Positions 35,447 to 45,365 of a stretch of DNA of 64,000 bases are shown here, one piece after another. The stretch comes from Planctomycetota bacterium (GTDB lineage Bacteria; Planctomycetota; UBA8108; SXIK01), in assembly GCA_965223845.1 (NCBI GenBank), contig CBDCXR010000004.1:4672001-4736000 (forward strand), in the 5' to 3' direction. The notes beneath the pieces were generated by a model. It was not told the DNA's origin and searched no databases. It saw nothing but the letters and a program-made list of their open reading frames with translations. How positions within the stretch are numbered: the first letter of the stretch is position 1; each line of letters starts with the position of its first letter. Position numbers and translations under genes: made by a program.

Positions 35447-38400
35447 TCAGGCCGATGGTGAAGCGCCGCGCGAAGTCTCTCGGCCGCGCAACAGCCGCTG
35501 CAGATCGTCGAGGACGATATAACCGGATGGGACGAGGATCAAGGTCACGCCAGTGGCGAACAGCACGCCGAACCCGAGCGAAGCGGCCATCGGCTTCAGG
35601 AACTGCGCCTGCATGCTCCGCTCGAGAAGGAGTGGTGCGAGGCCGACGAACGTCGTGACGGAGGTGAGGAGAATCGGGCGAAATCGGCGAGCGCCGGCTT
35701 GCCGGACGGCCTGCGGCAGACTCTTCTCGCTCTCGCGGGCGCGGTTGATGAAGTCGACCATGATCAAGCTGTCGTTGACCACAACTCCGGTGAGAGCGAC
35801 GAGGCCGAAGAGCGAGAGGAAGGTGAGCGGCAGCCCCATGAGCGCATGCCCCCAGACGACTCCGACGACTCCGAACGGGATCGCGCTCATGACGATGAGA
35901 GGCTGCGCGTACGAACGAAACGGGATCGCGAGGAGAGCGTAAATGAGGACGAGCGCGACCGCGAGTCCCCGGGCGAGACCACCGAAGGTCTCCGCCTGCT
36001 CTCGCTGCTCTCCTTCGAGCGAGTACGAAAGTCCGGGATACTCTCGTTCGAGACGCGGGAGAACCTCCTCGCGCACCTTGTTCACGATCTCGGTCGAATT
36101 CGCCTTCGTGAGATCGACGTCCGCCGTCACCTGGATGATCCTCCGACGATCGACTCGATCGATGGAGGAGTAACCGCGCCCGTATCGGACGGTCGCGACG
36201 TCGGCGAAGTCCACCTCCGCGCCTCCCGCGGTGCGGATCCGCATCGATTCGAGGTCGCCGAGCGAGCGCCGTTCTTCGTCGGGGTAGCGAACCATGACCC
36301 GGACATCGTCGCGGCCGCGCTGAATCCTCTGCGCTTCCTCGCCGTAGAATCCCTGCCGGACTTGCCGGGCGAGATCGGCGAGCGAGAGGCCGAGCGTTTC
36401 CGCGTCGGGTCGGAGGGCGAGCTTCACTTCTTCCTTACCCGCGCGGAACGAATCGGCGATGTCCGTGACCCCGTCGTAACTCGCGAGTGCCTCCTTGAGC
36501 TCCGCCGAAGCGGCGCGGAGCTGTGCGGCGTCGGCGGAGGCGAGCTGGATGTTGATCGCCTCGCCCACCGAAAAGAGGGACGACGAAAAGCTGAGCTCGA
36601 CCGCATCGGCGATCGGCCCGGTACGTTTCCGCCACCTCCGAGCGATCTCGGTCGCGGTGACGTCGCGCTCCTCCGCTGGGACGAGCTCGACGTTCACCTC
36701 ACCGAGATGGCCTCCGCTCAAGACGACGCCGCGTCCCCGACGAAGCGACTGAGCTTCGCGGAACGGCTGGCTGCCGACGGAACTCAACATGTGGCGAAAG
36801 AGTGGCCGGCGCGCGGCTCCCGGCGCTGTCGCCGCCGCCGCGACGCCCTCGCCGGGGGAAGCTTCGGACTCGAGCTCGAACCGAACGTCTTCCGCGGCGG
36901 CTTCGAGCCGCGCGAGAACGTCGAGGGTCGTTCGCGCCGGCGTACCCTGCGGCATCGTGACGAAAGCGACCACGTTGTCCGCATCCGCGGACGGAAAGAA
37001 AACGTAGACGATTCGTCCGCCGGCAACAAACGCGAGAGTCACGATGAGGAGCGAGAGACCGAACGCGAGAGCGAGATATCGCCAGCGCAGGCAAATGTCG
37101 AGAAACGGCGAGTACGCGCGTTCGACGAAGCGCTCGAGCCCGCGCGCGAACACGCCTTGAAAACTCCCCCACCAGCGCCGCGGCAAGCGAAGTATCCCCG
37201 CTCGCTCACCGTCGCCTTCGGCGCGAAGGTGCGAAAGGTGCGCGGGGAGGATCAAGAGCGATTCGACGAGCGAGAACGCGAGAGTCGCGATGACGATCGC
37301 GGGAATCACCGCCATCACTTGCCCCATATTGCCGGGAACACCGAGGAGAGGCGAGAACGCTGCGACGCTCGTCAAGACCGCAAAACAGACCGGGGCCGTG
37401 ACCGACCGAGCGCCGTCGATGGCGGCGCGAAGCGGCGGCTTCCCGCTGCGGAGCTCCGAGTAGATGCTCTCGGCGACGATGATCGCGTCGTCGACCACGA
37501 GACCGAGGACGACGATGAATGCGAAGAGCGAAATCAGATTGACCGAGACGTCGAGGCTCGGGAGGAGCCAGATCGCCCCGAGGAAGCTGAGAGGAATCCC
37601 CCAGGCGACCCAGAGTGCGAGCGAGAGACGGAGGAAGAGCGCGAGCGAGAGGCAGACGAGCGCGAGCCCCACGAGGCCGTTCTCGACGAGGAGCCCGAGT
37701 CGACTCCGGAGCACGGCTGAGTCGTCCTGCCACGTCGTGAGCGAGATCCCTTCGGGGACGCGGTGCTGCGCCGACTTCACGTAATCGTGCACGGCGTCGG
37801 CGATGTCGAGCGCCCCCTGATCGCCGACGCGAAACACTTGAACGAGCACGGTCCGCTCCCCATCGAAGCGCGAAGCCTGATCGGTGTCGCGGAAGCCGTC
37901 GATCACTCTCGCGATCTCGCCGATGCGAAGCCGAGTGCCGTCTGCGCGCGAAAGGACGGTGATCTGCGCGAACTCATCCTCGCGATAAGCTTGTCCCTTC
38001 GTACGAATCAAAATCTCGCCGCCGTCCGTCTTCACCGAGCCGCCGGGCAAGTCGAGCGAGGAACGCCGAATCGCACGCGCGAGATCGTCGAAGGTGAGCC
38101 CGTGCCGGCGAAGCGTCTCCTCCGCGACTTCGATGGAGATCTCGTAGGGTCGGGCGCCAGCGAGATCGACGACGCTGATTTCGGGCAGCGCCGCGAGATC
38201 GTCGCGAACGCGCTCGGCGACCACGCGGAGGGAGCGCTCGTCGGTGTTTCCCGAGACCGCGACTTCAATCACTTGTCGGCGAAGAACGACCTCTTCGACG
38301 ATCGGCTTCTCCGTCTCGGCCGGAAACGTGTCGATTCCGTCGACGCGCGTCTTCACGTCGTTCAGGATTCGCCCCGCGTCGACACCGGGAAGAAGCTCGA

Positions 38401-38680
38401 CATCAACCGAGCCGAGGCCTTCCCGCGCCGTGGACGTGATCCGCTTGATGCCGGCGAGGCCGTAGATCGCTTCTTCGACCCGCTGGCAGACGCCCTCCTC
38501 GACTTCGTCGGGCGCCGCCCCGAGATACTCGACGCGGATTTGAATGCGATCCGACGACAGCTCCGGGAACACTTCCTGTTTGAGCCGCGGCACGGTCGCA
38601 GCGCCGCCGACGAGAATGAGCGCCATGAGAAGATTCGAGGCGATCCCGTTCGACGCGAACCAGGTGACGATCCGGTTCAT
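35447..38680 (-). CDS. RND efflux transporter permease subunit (AcrB family)
   Basis: 1077 aa; GLVVDDAIIVAE, GVVVNDSLIMVD, RFRPILLTS. Confidence 0.95.
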   Translation of the reverse strand: MNRIVTWFASNGIASNLLMALILVGGAATVPRLKQEVFPELSSDRIQIRVEYLGAAPDEVEEGVCQRVEEAIYGLAGIKRITSTAREGLGSVDVELLPGVDAGRILNDVKTRVDGIDTFPAETEKPIVEEVVLRRQVIEVAVSGNTDERSLRVVAERVRDDLAALPEISVVDLAGARPYEISIEVAEETLRRHGLTFDDLARAIRRSSLDLPGGSVKTDGGEILIRTKGQAYREDEFAQITVLSRADGTRLRIGEIARVIDGFRDTDQASRFDGERTVLVQVFRVGDQGALDIADAVHDYVKSAQHRVPEGISLTTWQDDSAVLRSRLGLLVENGLVGLALVCLSLALFLRLSLALWVAWGIPLSFLGAIWLLPSLDVSVNLISLFAFIVVLGLVVDDAIIVAESIYSELRSGKPPLRAAIDGARSVTAPVCFAVLTSVAAFSPLLGVPGNMGQVMAVIPAIVIATLAFSLVESLLILPAHLSHLRAEGDGERAGILRLPRRWWGSFQGVFARGLERFVERAYSPFLDICLRWRYLALAFGLSLLIVTLAFVAGGRIVYVFFPSADADNVVAFVTMPQGTPARTTLDVLARLEAAAEDVRFELESEASPGEGVAAAATAPGAARRPLFRHMLSSVGSQPFREAQSLRRGRGVVLSGGHLGEVNVELVPAEERDVTATEIARRWRKRTGPIADAVELSFSSSLFSVGEAINIQLASADAAQLRAASAELKEALASYDGVTDIADSFRAGKEEVKLALRPDAETLGLSLADLARQVRQGFYGEEAQRIQRGRDDVRVMVRYPDEERRSLGDLESMRIRTAGGAEVDFADVATVRYGRGYSSIDRVDRRRIIQVTADVDLTKANSTEIVNKVREEVLPRLEREYPGLSYSLEGEQREQAETFGGLARGLAVALVLIYALLAIPFRSYAQPLIVMSAIPFGVVGVVWGHALMGLPLTFLSLFGLVALTGVVVNDSLIMVDFINRARESEKSLPQAVRQAGARRFRPILLTSVTTFVGLAPLLLERSMQAQFLKPMAASLGFGVLFATGVTLILVPSGYIVLDDLQRLLRGRETSRGASPSA

Positions 38681-39948
38681 GAGTCACCCGCTTCCCTTGG
38701 AGTCGGCGAGTCGCGGCGCGACACGGGAGAGCTGGGCCGCTCGATCGCGGGTTCGCCATCCACTCGGACGAGCATTCCGTCGACCACGACATCGAGCGGC
38801 GAGACGCAGATCCGCTCGCCGTCTTCGACCCCGGCGCCGTCGCGAACTCCGCTGCGCACGAAGGCGGTGTCGCCCTCGACTCGCACGACATCGACATCGC
38901 GGTAACGGAGGCGAGACTCCGCATCGATGACGAGCACCTGCCGGTGGTTGCGAATCGCACGGCGCGGCAACGAGACGACGCCCGAGAGGGACCGGCCCGC
39001 GATCTCGGCGCGAACGAATTGACCCGCGGCCAGCGGCGGTCCTGGTTCGCCGGATCGCCGGTAGGGATCGTCGACGACGGCGACCACATGGATCCGCCGA
39101 GTCCGAGGATCGATCTCGCCTTCGGTGCGGACGATACGCCCGGCCCAGCGGACGCGCTCACCCGCGATCGTGGCCCACAGGATCACTTCCGGCTCGGTGC
39201 GCATGCCTTCTCCCGGCGGAGCGCTCAGGGACGCGCTCTCGCCGAGCCGAAAGTCGACGAACGCGAATTGATGGTCGGAGAGGGGAAGGCGCACCTCGGC
39301 ACGCTCGACCGAATACACCTCGGCGACGGCACTTCCACGAGCGACGTACTGGCCGCGATCGACGCGGATCGCGCGGACGCGACCGGCGTACGGCACACTC
39401 ACGCGTGTCCGCTCGAGATCGAGCTCCGCTCGTTTCACCTTCGCGCGCGCCGCTTCGAGGAGCGCTTCGGCTTCGGCGCGCTGAGGCACACGGAGAACGA
39501 GTGGCGGCGGCTCGCCACCGTCGCCGAGCCGTTCCCAATCGGCGCGCGCGATGCGCGCCTCCTCCTTCTCGCGCGCGAGCGCGAGCTCCGCCTGGGCGAC
39601 GAGTGCCTTCGCTTCGGCGAGCGCGAGCTCGTAGTCGGTGCGATCGATCTCGAGCAGAGTCTCGCCGGCGTCGAAGAAGGCACCGTCGGCCCACGCCTCA
39701 CCGACCGAGACGACGCGTCCGGAAACCTCCGAGACGAGCGCACTCTGCGTCGCCGGCCTCACGGTCCCTTCGCTCTCGATACGCGCGCGAACGTCGTTCG
39801 CCTCCGCGACGATCGCCCGAACGACGGGAACGGCGCGCTCGGGAGGTCGAGCGTCCGGCTCGGGCCGAGTCGCCACGAGATGCACGGCGAGCGCGATTCC
39901 GGCCGCGAGGACGACGATGGGAAGTGACGCCCGGAGGATTGTGTTCAT
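38677..39948 (-). CDS. RND periplasmic adaptor (membrane fusion protein)
   Basis: N-terminal TM; EVSGRVV, coiled hairpin, DLERTRVSVPYAGRV, GEIDPRTR; ATGA overlap. Confidence 0.93.
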   Translation of the reverse strand: MNTILRASLPIVVLAAGIALAVHLVATRPEPDARPPERAVPVVRAIVAEANDVRARIESEGTVRPATQSALVSEVSGRVVSVGEAWADGAFFDAGETLLEIDRTDYELALAEAKALVAQAELALAREKEEARIARADWERLGDGGEPPPLVLRVPQRAEAEALLEAARAKVKRAELDLERTRVSVPYAGRVRAIRVDRGQYVARGSAVAEVYSVERAEVRLPLSDHQFAFVDFRLGESASLSAPPGEGMRTEPEVILWATIAGERVRWAGRIVRTEGEIDPRTRRIHVVAVVDDPYRRSGEPGPPLAAGQFVRAEIAGRSLSGVVSLPRRAIRNHRQVLVIDAESRLRYRDVDVVRVEGDTAFVRSGVRDGAGVEDGERICVSPLDVVVDGMLVRVDGEPAIERPSSPVSRRDSPTPREAGDS

Positions 39949-41570
39949 GAAGGATCGTCTCCGACAGCAATCGGGGCGCGTTCGCTCGCACCCTCGGAAT
40001 CGCGCGCCGCGTCGGGTGCGTCTGCGTCCGACTCGTCGGTCGTTCGGGGAGTCGAGTCGAACCCGCCACCGAGCGCGAGATGAACGTCGACGCGCGCATC
40101 AGCGCGCAGGCGACGAACGCGAAGGACCTGGCTCTCCGCGCGGTACTCGCTCCTCTGCGCTTCGCGGACGACGATGAATTCACCGAGACCACCGCGGTAG
40201 CGCCGTTCCGCTTCGTCGCGTGCGGCGGCCGCCTCCCGGGCGGCGCGGACGAGCGCGGCCTCACGCGCCGCGAGCTCTCGCTCGCGCGCGAGAGCCGTCT
40301 CGACTTCAGCAAACGCAAGCAGGACAAGCTGGACGTACGATTCGAGCGCGACGCGCTGATCCGCCTTCGCAAGGTCGACCGCAGCGGCGAGTCTTCCTCC
40401 CTGAAAGATCGGCTGAAGAAGATTGCCGGCGATCTGCCAGACGGAGAAGGCGCGATCGAAGAGGTCGCCGATGTCCTCAGTCGACGTGCCGCCGGAGGCC
40501 GACAAGCTCAGCCGCGGATAGAGCGCAGCGCGCGCCTCGTCGACCCGGGCTCCAGCCGCGGCGAGGCGGCGCTCGGCGACCGCGAGGTCCGGCCGGCGAG
40601 TGACGAGCTCCGACGGGATCCCCGCCGGCGGCGCGCCGGTGACGGTCGGGAGAGCGCCGGCGGAGAGTTCGAGCTCGGCGCCCGGATACCGGCCGACGAG
40701 CACCTCGAGCTGCCGCGCCGTTCGATCGAGCACCTCACGGCGCTCGGCGAGATCGGCCTCGGCGTTCGCGACATCGAGCCGCGAGAAGCGAGTATCGATC
40801 GCCGGCCGGACGCCGCTCGAGTAGCGGTGCGCCACGTCGACGGCCGTCTCGCGAAAGCTCTCGAGCGTCGCCGCCGCGAGCTCGACCTGCCGCTGGGATT
40901 CGATCGCGGCGAACCACGTCTTCGCGACTTGCCCCGCTAGAGAGAGCTCGGCGGCGGCGACGTCCGCGCCGGCCGCGTCGAGATCGGCGAGCGCGGCGGA
41001 CTCGCGCGCGCGGAGCCGTCCCCAGAGATCGATCTCCCAACTCGCACTGAGCGAGAGACCGTAACTCGTCGAACGGCTCGTGAGCACGTCGCCACCGCCG
41101 GGGACCGGGAGACCGATGAAGTTCTGCTTTCGGCGCGACGCGTCGGCGCCCGCCGCCAGTTGAGGAAGTACGTCGGCGCCATCGATACGCGCGCGCGCCG
41201 CCGCGATCGCAACCCGCTCGGCGGCGGCGCGAAGATCTCGATTGGCGCCCAGCGCTTCGCGAACGAGCGCGTCGAGCTGAGCGTCGTCGAACTCGCTCCA
41301 CCAGGTCTGCGCGTGCTCGGAAGACGCCGCCGCGCGAGAAGGAGTTTCCGGACGTTCGTCCGAATCGGTACGGTCGCGGTCTGTCGCACCCGACGACGGC
41401 GGAGCCGATCTCGACCCGAGCGCTGTCCAAGTCGCCGGAAGGGAAAGGTCGTGAGACGGATGCTCGACGGGAGGCGACGCGGCGCAGCTCGCGAGGAGAA
41501 TCGTCGCGAGCGACGCCCGGCGCGTCGGCGTCTCGCGGTGCCCCCTCGGAACGACAAGGTGAGATCGCAT
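39945..41570 (-). CDS. Outer membrane efflux factor (NodT/TolC family lipoprotein)
   Basis: LLASC lipobox; WWSEFDD, ASWEIDLWGRLR, RRPDL, PIFQGG, LALGGGF; TGATG overlap with tetR. Confidence 0.92.
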   Translation of the reverse strand: MRSHLVVPRGHRETPTRRASLATILLASCAASPPVEHPSHDLSLPATWTALGSRSAPPSSGATDRDRTDSDERPETPSRAAASSEHAQTWWSEFDDAQLDALVREALGANRDLRAAAERVAIAAARARIDGADVLPQLAAGADASRRKQNFIGLPVPGGGDVLTSRSTSYGLSLSASWEIDLWGRLRARESAALADLDAAGADVAAAELSLAGQVAKTWFAAIESQRQVELAAATLESFRETAVDVAHRYSSGVRPAIDTRFSRLDVANAEADLAERREVLDRTARQLEVLVGRYPGAELELSAGALPTVTGAPPAGIPSELVTRRPDLAVAERRLAAAGARVDEARAALYPRLSLSASGGTSTEDIGDLFDRAFSVWQIAGNLLQPIFQGGRLAAAVDLAKADQRVALESYVQLVLLAFAEVETALARERELAAREAALVRAAREAAAARDEAERRYRGGLGEFIVVREAQRSEYRAESQVLRVRRLRADARVDVHLALGGGFDSTPRTTDESDADAPDAARDSEGASERAPIAVGDDPS

Positions 41571-42358
41571 CACGCCTCCTCCGGCTCGGAGTCGCGCCCG
41601 GTTTCGAGTGCCGAATCCGTAGGGCGGGGGGTGAGCGGTGTCGACGGCGCCTCGAGTCCGGCGACCAAGAAGGACTTCATGTGAGCTAGCGTCGACTCCA
41701 CATCGCGCGTGTCGCAGAGCCCGCCGGTCGTCTGGAGCAGGCGAGCCGGGTTCACGATCGCGTGGACGAGCACGCCGACGCAGAATTGGAATCGCCACTG
41801 AACTTCGCGCGGGGGGAGTTTCGCGAGTGCGAAGCGAAACGCGTCGCTGAAGCGCCGAATCACTTCGGCGAATTCATCCCGCAGGATCGACGCCTTCGCG
41901 TCGTCGGGTTCGCTGTAAAGGCGCGCCATGACGCGCACGAAGTCGCGATGATCGGGGTCCGCGCACCGCTCGAGAGGAGGACGTAGGAGCGCGTCGAGAA
42001 TGTCGGCGAGGGGAATCGGCCCTTCCTCGGCGTTCGCTCGCGCCCGCTCGAGAAGCGCGAGCCGGTCGCGGTTGAGCGGCTCGAGTCGACGGAGGATCAC
42101 CGCGCGGACGAGCGCCTCCTTCGACCCGAAGTGGTAATTGACCGCCGCGAGATTCGCCCCGGCAGCCGCGGTGATCATGCGGAGCGACGTCGCCGGCACG
42201 CCCAGTTCCGCGAACAGGTGCTCGGCGGCGTCGAGAAGCTTCTCCGGCGTCTCTTTCGCTCCGGCCGCCGTCGCGGGCGCGAAACCGGCGTCGAGGCCTT
42301 CGGGCTGGCTGGACAAGGATCGGGTTCTCTGAACGGGCGGGGGGAGTGATCGAGACAA
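41570..42358 (-). CDS. TetR-family regulator, PsrA-like (start uncertain)
   Basis: LLDAAEHLFAELG...TSLRMITAAAGANLAAVNYHFGSKEAL HTH; first gene of the RND operon. Confidence 0.9.
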   Translation of the reverse strand: MSRSLPPPVQRTRSLSSQPEGLDAGFAPATAAGAKETPEKLLDAAEHLFAELGVPATSLRMITAAAGANLAAVNYHFGSKEALVRAVILRRLEPLNRDRLALLERARANAEEGPIPLADILDALLRPPLERCADPDHRDFVRVMARLYSEPDDAKASILRDEFAEVIRRFSDAFRFALAKLPPREVQWRFQFCVGVLVHAIVNPARLLQTTGGLCDTRDVESTLAHMKSFLVAGLEAPSTPLTPRPTDSALETGRDSEPEEA

Positions 42359-42400
42359 TCAAACGGTAGTTTAAAACGAATGATTGAAACGATCAATCGA
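42359..42400. promoter_or_regulatory. Putative TetR (PsrA-type) operator: three 13-bp-spaced AAACG boxes
   Basis: AAACGGTAGTTTA/AAACGAATGATTG/AAACGATCAATCG at 42361, 42374 and 42387; the first is the palindrome AAAC-N4-GTTT; AT-rich island directly upstream of tetR. Confidence 0.7.
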
Positions 42401-42575
42401 TTCTTCCCTCGGCGCCTCGAATCGAGCGACGGCGCCGCGTTGAATCGCGCCGCCCCCCTTGAGTGAGAGCCGGGATTCAGCCCGCCCGCCGAACCACAAA
42501 CTCAATTGCGAACAATACTTGTGACCGCTTCCGGCAGACGAAAAGCCGGCATCCTCGACGCGCGTAGCGCTGGAG

Positions 42576-45194
42576 TTAGGAGCGATCGAGCGAGTAGACG
42601 GTGAGACCGCGAGTCCGATCCGCGGCCCCCGGCGCGACGCGCCCGACCACGTATGCGGTGACGACACAGCTCGCGATCGCGATCACGGGATAGAGGAAGA
42701 AGTGCACGGCGCCACTCGCCCGAACGAAATAGAGGACCGCGCCGCTCACACCGAATCCGGCGAGCGCGCCGGCCGCGCTGGCCCGGCGAACGAAGATCCC
42801 GGCGATGAAGAGGCCGGCGAGTCCGCCGCCGAAAAGTCCGATGACCTTCGTGTACTGATCCCACATCGAAGTGCCGCCGAGGGCGGCCATCAGCATCGCG
42901 GAGCCGGTTCCGAGCGCGCCGAGCACGAGCGTCAGCCACCGTGCGGCGCGGAGGTAGTGCTCTTCGCTCGCCACTCGCCATCGGCGATAGAAATCGGTCG
43001 TGAGGACCGTCGCCACCGAGTTCATGCTGCTGTCGAGGCTCGACATGGACGCGGCGAAGAGTCCTGCGATCACGACGCCGGCGACGCCCGCCGGAAGCTC
43101 CTGAGCGACGAACCAGGGGAGTATGTCGTTCGCCCCCCCGGCGGGATTGAGCCGCTCCGGGTTCGTGCGATAGAACGCCCAGAGCGCCGTGCCGAGGAAG
43201 AAGAACAGGATCGTCGCGGGAATCGTGAGGACGGCGTTCGTCCAGATGCCGCGAGCGGCCGCCCGCTCGTCCTTCGTGGTCAGGTACCGCTGCACGACCG
43301 TTTGGTCCGCGGTGTACGGAACGAACTGCTCGAAGAAACGCCCTAGCAATACGACCCAGATCGCGGTGGTCGCCATACCGCCCGTCCAGTTCACCATATG
43401 AAACTTGCCGGCGGCCGATCCGGCCTCGACGATCCCACCGAATCCGCCGGGAACATCTTCGACGATGACTACGACGCTGAGAAGCGCGCCGCCGAGAAGC
43501 ACTACGACCTGAATGACGTCGGTCCAGACGACGGCTTCGATGCCTCCGAGCACGGTGTACGCCGTCGCGAGAATTCCCATCACGAGAATGCTCCACGTGA
43601 CGTCGGTCCCGGTCACCGACGCGAGCGCGAGAGCGGGAAGATAGAGAACGATTCCCATTCGCCCGAGCTGGAGGAGCACGAACGACACGCTTCCGACCGA
43701 ACGCGTCGCCGGACTGAATCGCCGCTCGAGGTATTCGTAAACGCTCGTGACATCGAGTCGGCGGTAGAAGGGGAGGAACCAACAGATCACGAACGGCGCG
43801 GCGAGAACGATGCACATGTTGCCGACGAAGTACACCCAATCCGTGCGGTAGACGAGCGCCGGCGCGGCCATGAACGTGATCGCGCTCAACTGCGTCCCGA
43901 ACACGCTGACTCCGGCGGCCCACCAAGGAATCCGTCGACCGGCGAGAAAGAAATCCGCGGTCGAGTGCTCTCGGCGCGAAAAGTAGACGCCGAGCGCCAC
44001 GAGCGCGGCGAGGTAGACGAAGATCGCGACGTAGTCGAGCGTGTGAAACCCCGCCTCCCGCGGAACGATCGCAGCGGCGAGAACCGCTGGGGACCGCACG
44101 CCGGGACGGATCTCGCCCGACGGGATCACGAGGCGATCCTCCCACCGAACGAGCGACGCCGTCACGTGGCCGGCGGGAACCTCGTCGAGCTCGACCCACC
44201 TGTCCGTGACGAGGTGGTAGGCGAGCACTCGCCGTGAGAATCCGGGATGACGATCGGCGAGCTCCTCGGTCCGCGACGCGAGCGCTCCGTCATCGCCCCC
44301 GACGACGAGGAGGTGATCGGCGCCGAGCGGCGCCATCGGCGACGGCGCGGCGACGACGGGGCGCGGCGGGCTCGCGATCGAGCGCCACGCTCCGCCGCCC
44401 GGCTGCGCGGGATCGGGATCGAAGCGGTAGGCATCGGCGAGGTAGTTGCGCGTCGGCTTGCCATCGACTCCGGGCACGAGCTCGGCGCCACTGGCGACGA
44501 TGATCGCCCCCGCTTGCACTCCGGCGACGGCGAGGAATCGCGGCGGACCCGGCCACGGCTCGAGGCTGCGCCAAGCGGGCGGATCGGCGTTCGGATCTCG
44601 ACCCTCGAGCGCCTCGAGATCGAGCGCCCAGAAGTTGTGGAGCGCGGCCGTTGAATCCGGCGCGGTGAGCCCGCCGGCGACGTACACCGTGCGGCCGACG
44701 AGGACCGCCGAAGAGAACGCGCACGGTGACGGCAGCGGCGGAAGATCACGCCGCGATAGCTTCCCCTCGTCCCAGCGGAGCGCGAACACCTCGTCGTAGT
44801 GGCGATCGGCATCCGATCCGCCGATGCAAACGACGCCGATCGAATCGGAGATCGACGAGCCGTAGGCGAGTGGGCGCGTCAGCGGCTCGATCTCGCGCCA
44901 CTCCGCGCGCGCCGACTCGAGAAGGAAGGTGTTCGGCCACCAAACTTTCTCCGCGTCCGGGTTGCGCTCTCCGTCGAGCCAGAGCCCGCCGGGAAAGTTG
45001 GCGCCGCCGGCAACGATCAGCGCCCCGCCGCTCACTCCGACAAAGGGCGCCGCGACACCGATCCCCGCCTGCGCGACGGACCCCGGCGCCGGCAACGGAG
45101 AGAGCTCCGACCACTCGAAGACTTGAGCGGAAACGAACGTCGACGAACAGACGATCGCGAGGATCAAACCAGCGGCGCGCGGCGGTCGGACCAT
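42576..45194 (-). CDS. Kelch-repeat (NanM-like mutarotase) - sodium:solute symporter fusion
   Basis: Signal peptide; Kelch blades (VAGGANFP, CIGG, YVAGG, VVGGD, SGEIRPGVRSP); SSS part DFFLAGRRIPWWAAGVS..TQLSAITF, DQTVVQRY, AASMSSLDS; AAGGAG RBS. Confidence 0.9.
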   Translation of the reverse strand: MVRPPRAAGLILAIVCSSTFVSAQVFEWSELSPLPAPGSVAQAGIGVAAPFVGVSGGALIVAGGANFPGGLWLDGERNPDAEKVWWPNTFLLESARAEWREIEPLTRPLAYGSSISDSIGVVCIGGSDADRHYDEVFALRWDEGKLSRRDLPPLPSPCAFSSAVLVGRTVYVAGGLTAPDSTAALHNFWALDLEALEGRDPNADPPAWRSLEPWPGPPRFLAVAGVQAGAIIVASGAELVPGVDGKPTRNYLADAYRFDPDPAQPGGGAWRSIASPPRPVVAAPSPMAPLGADHLLVVGGDDGALASRTEELADRHPGFSRRVLAYHLVTDRWVELDEVPAGHVTASLVRWEDRLVIPSGEIRPGVRSPAVLAAAIVPREAGFHTLDYVAIFVYLAALVALGVYFSRREHSTADFFLAGRRIPWWAAGVSVFGTQLSAITFMAAPALVYRTDWVYFVGNMCIVLAAPFVICWFLPFYRRLDVTSVYEYLERRFSPATRSVGSVSFVLLQLGRMGIVLYLPALALASVTGTDVTWSILVMGILATAYTVLGGIEAVVWTDVIQVVVLLGGALLSVVVIVEDVPGGFGGIVEAGSAAGKFHMVNWTGGMATTAIWVVLLGRFFEQFVPYTADQTVVQRYLTTKDERAAARGIWTNAVLTIPATILFFFLGTALWAFYRTNPERLNPAGGANDILPWFVAQELPAGVAGVVIAGLFAASMSSLDSSMNSVATVLTTDFYRRWRVASEEHYLRAARWLTLVLGALGTGSAMLMAALGGTSMWDQYTKVIGLFGGGLAGLFIAGIFVRRASAAGALAGFGVSGAVLYFVRASGAVHFFLYPVIAIASCVVTAYVVGRVAPGAADRTRGLTVYSLDRS

Positions 45195-45365
45195 GAACAC
45201 TCCTTCGAGCAGCAGAGTGGAAGCGACCATTGTGCCGAGTTGCGCGTGCGCGAACAGGGGATTCCCGCGATCGATCTGCTATGATCGGGCGCGCTTCGAC
45301 CAACCTCGCCGCCTCGAGTCACCCCCGCGTCCGCCCTTGGTGACGCGGAATCGGGAATCCCAGTC

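Noticed and set aside
35699-37720. 673-aa + strand ORF and similar ORFs opposite the RND operon
   Set aside because: Antisense shadows of well-supported genes
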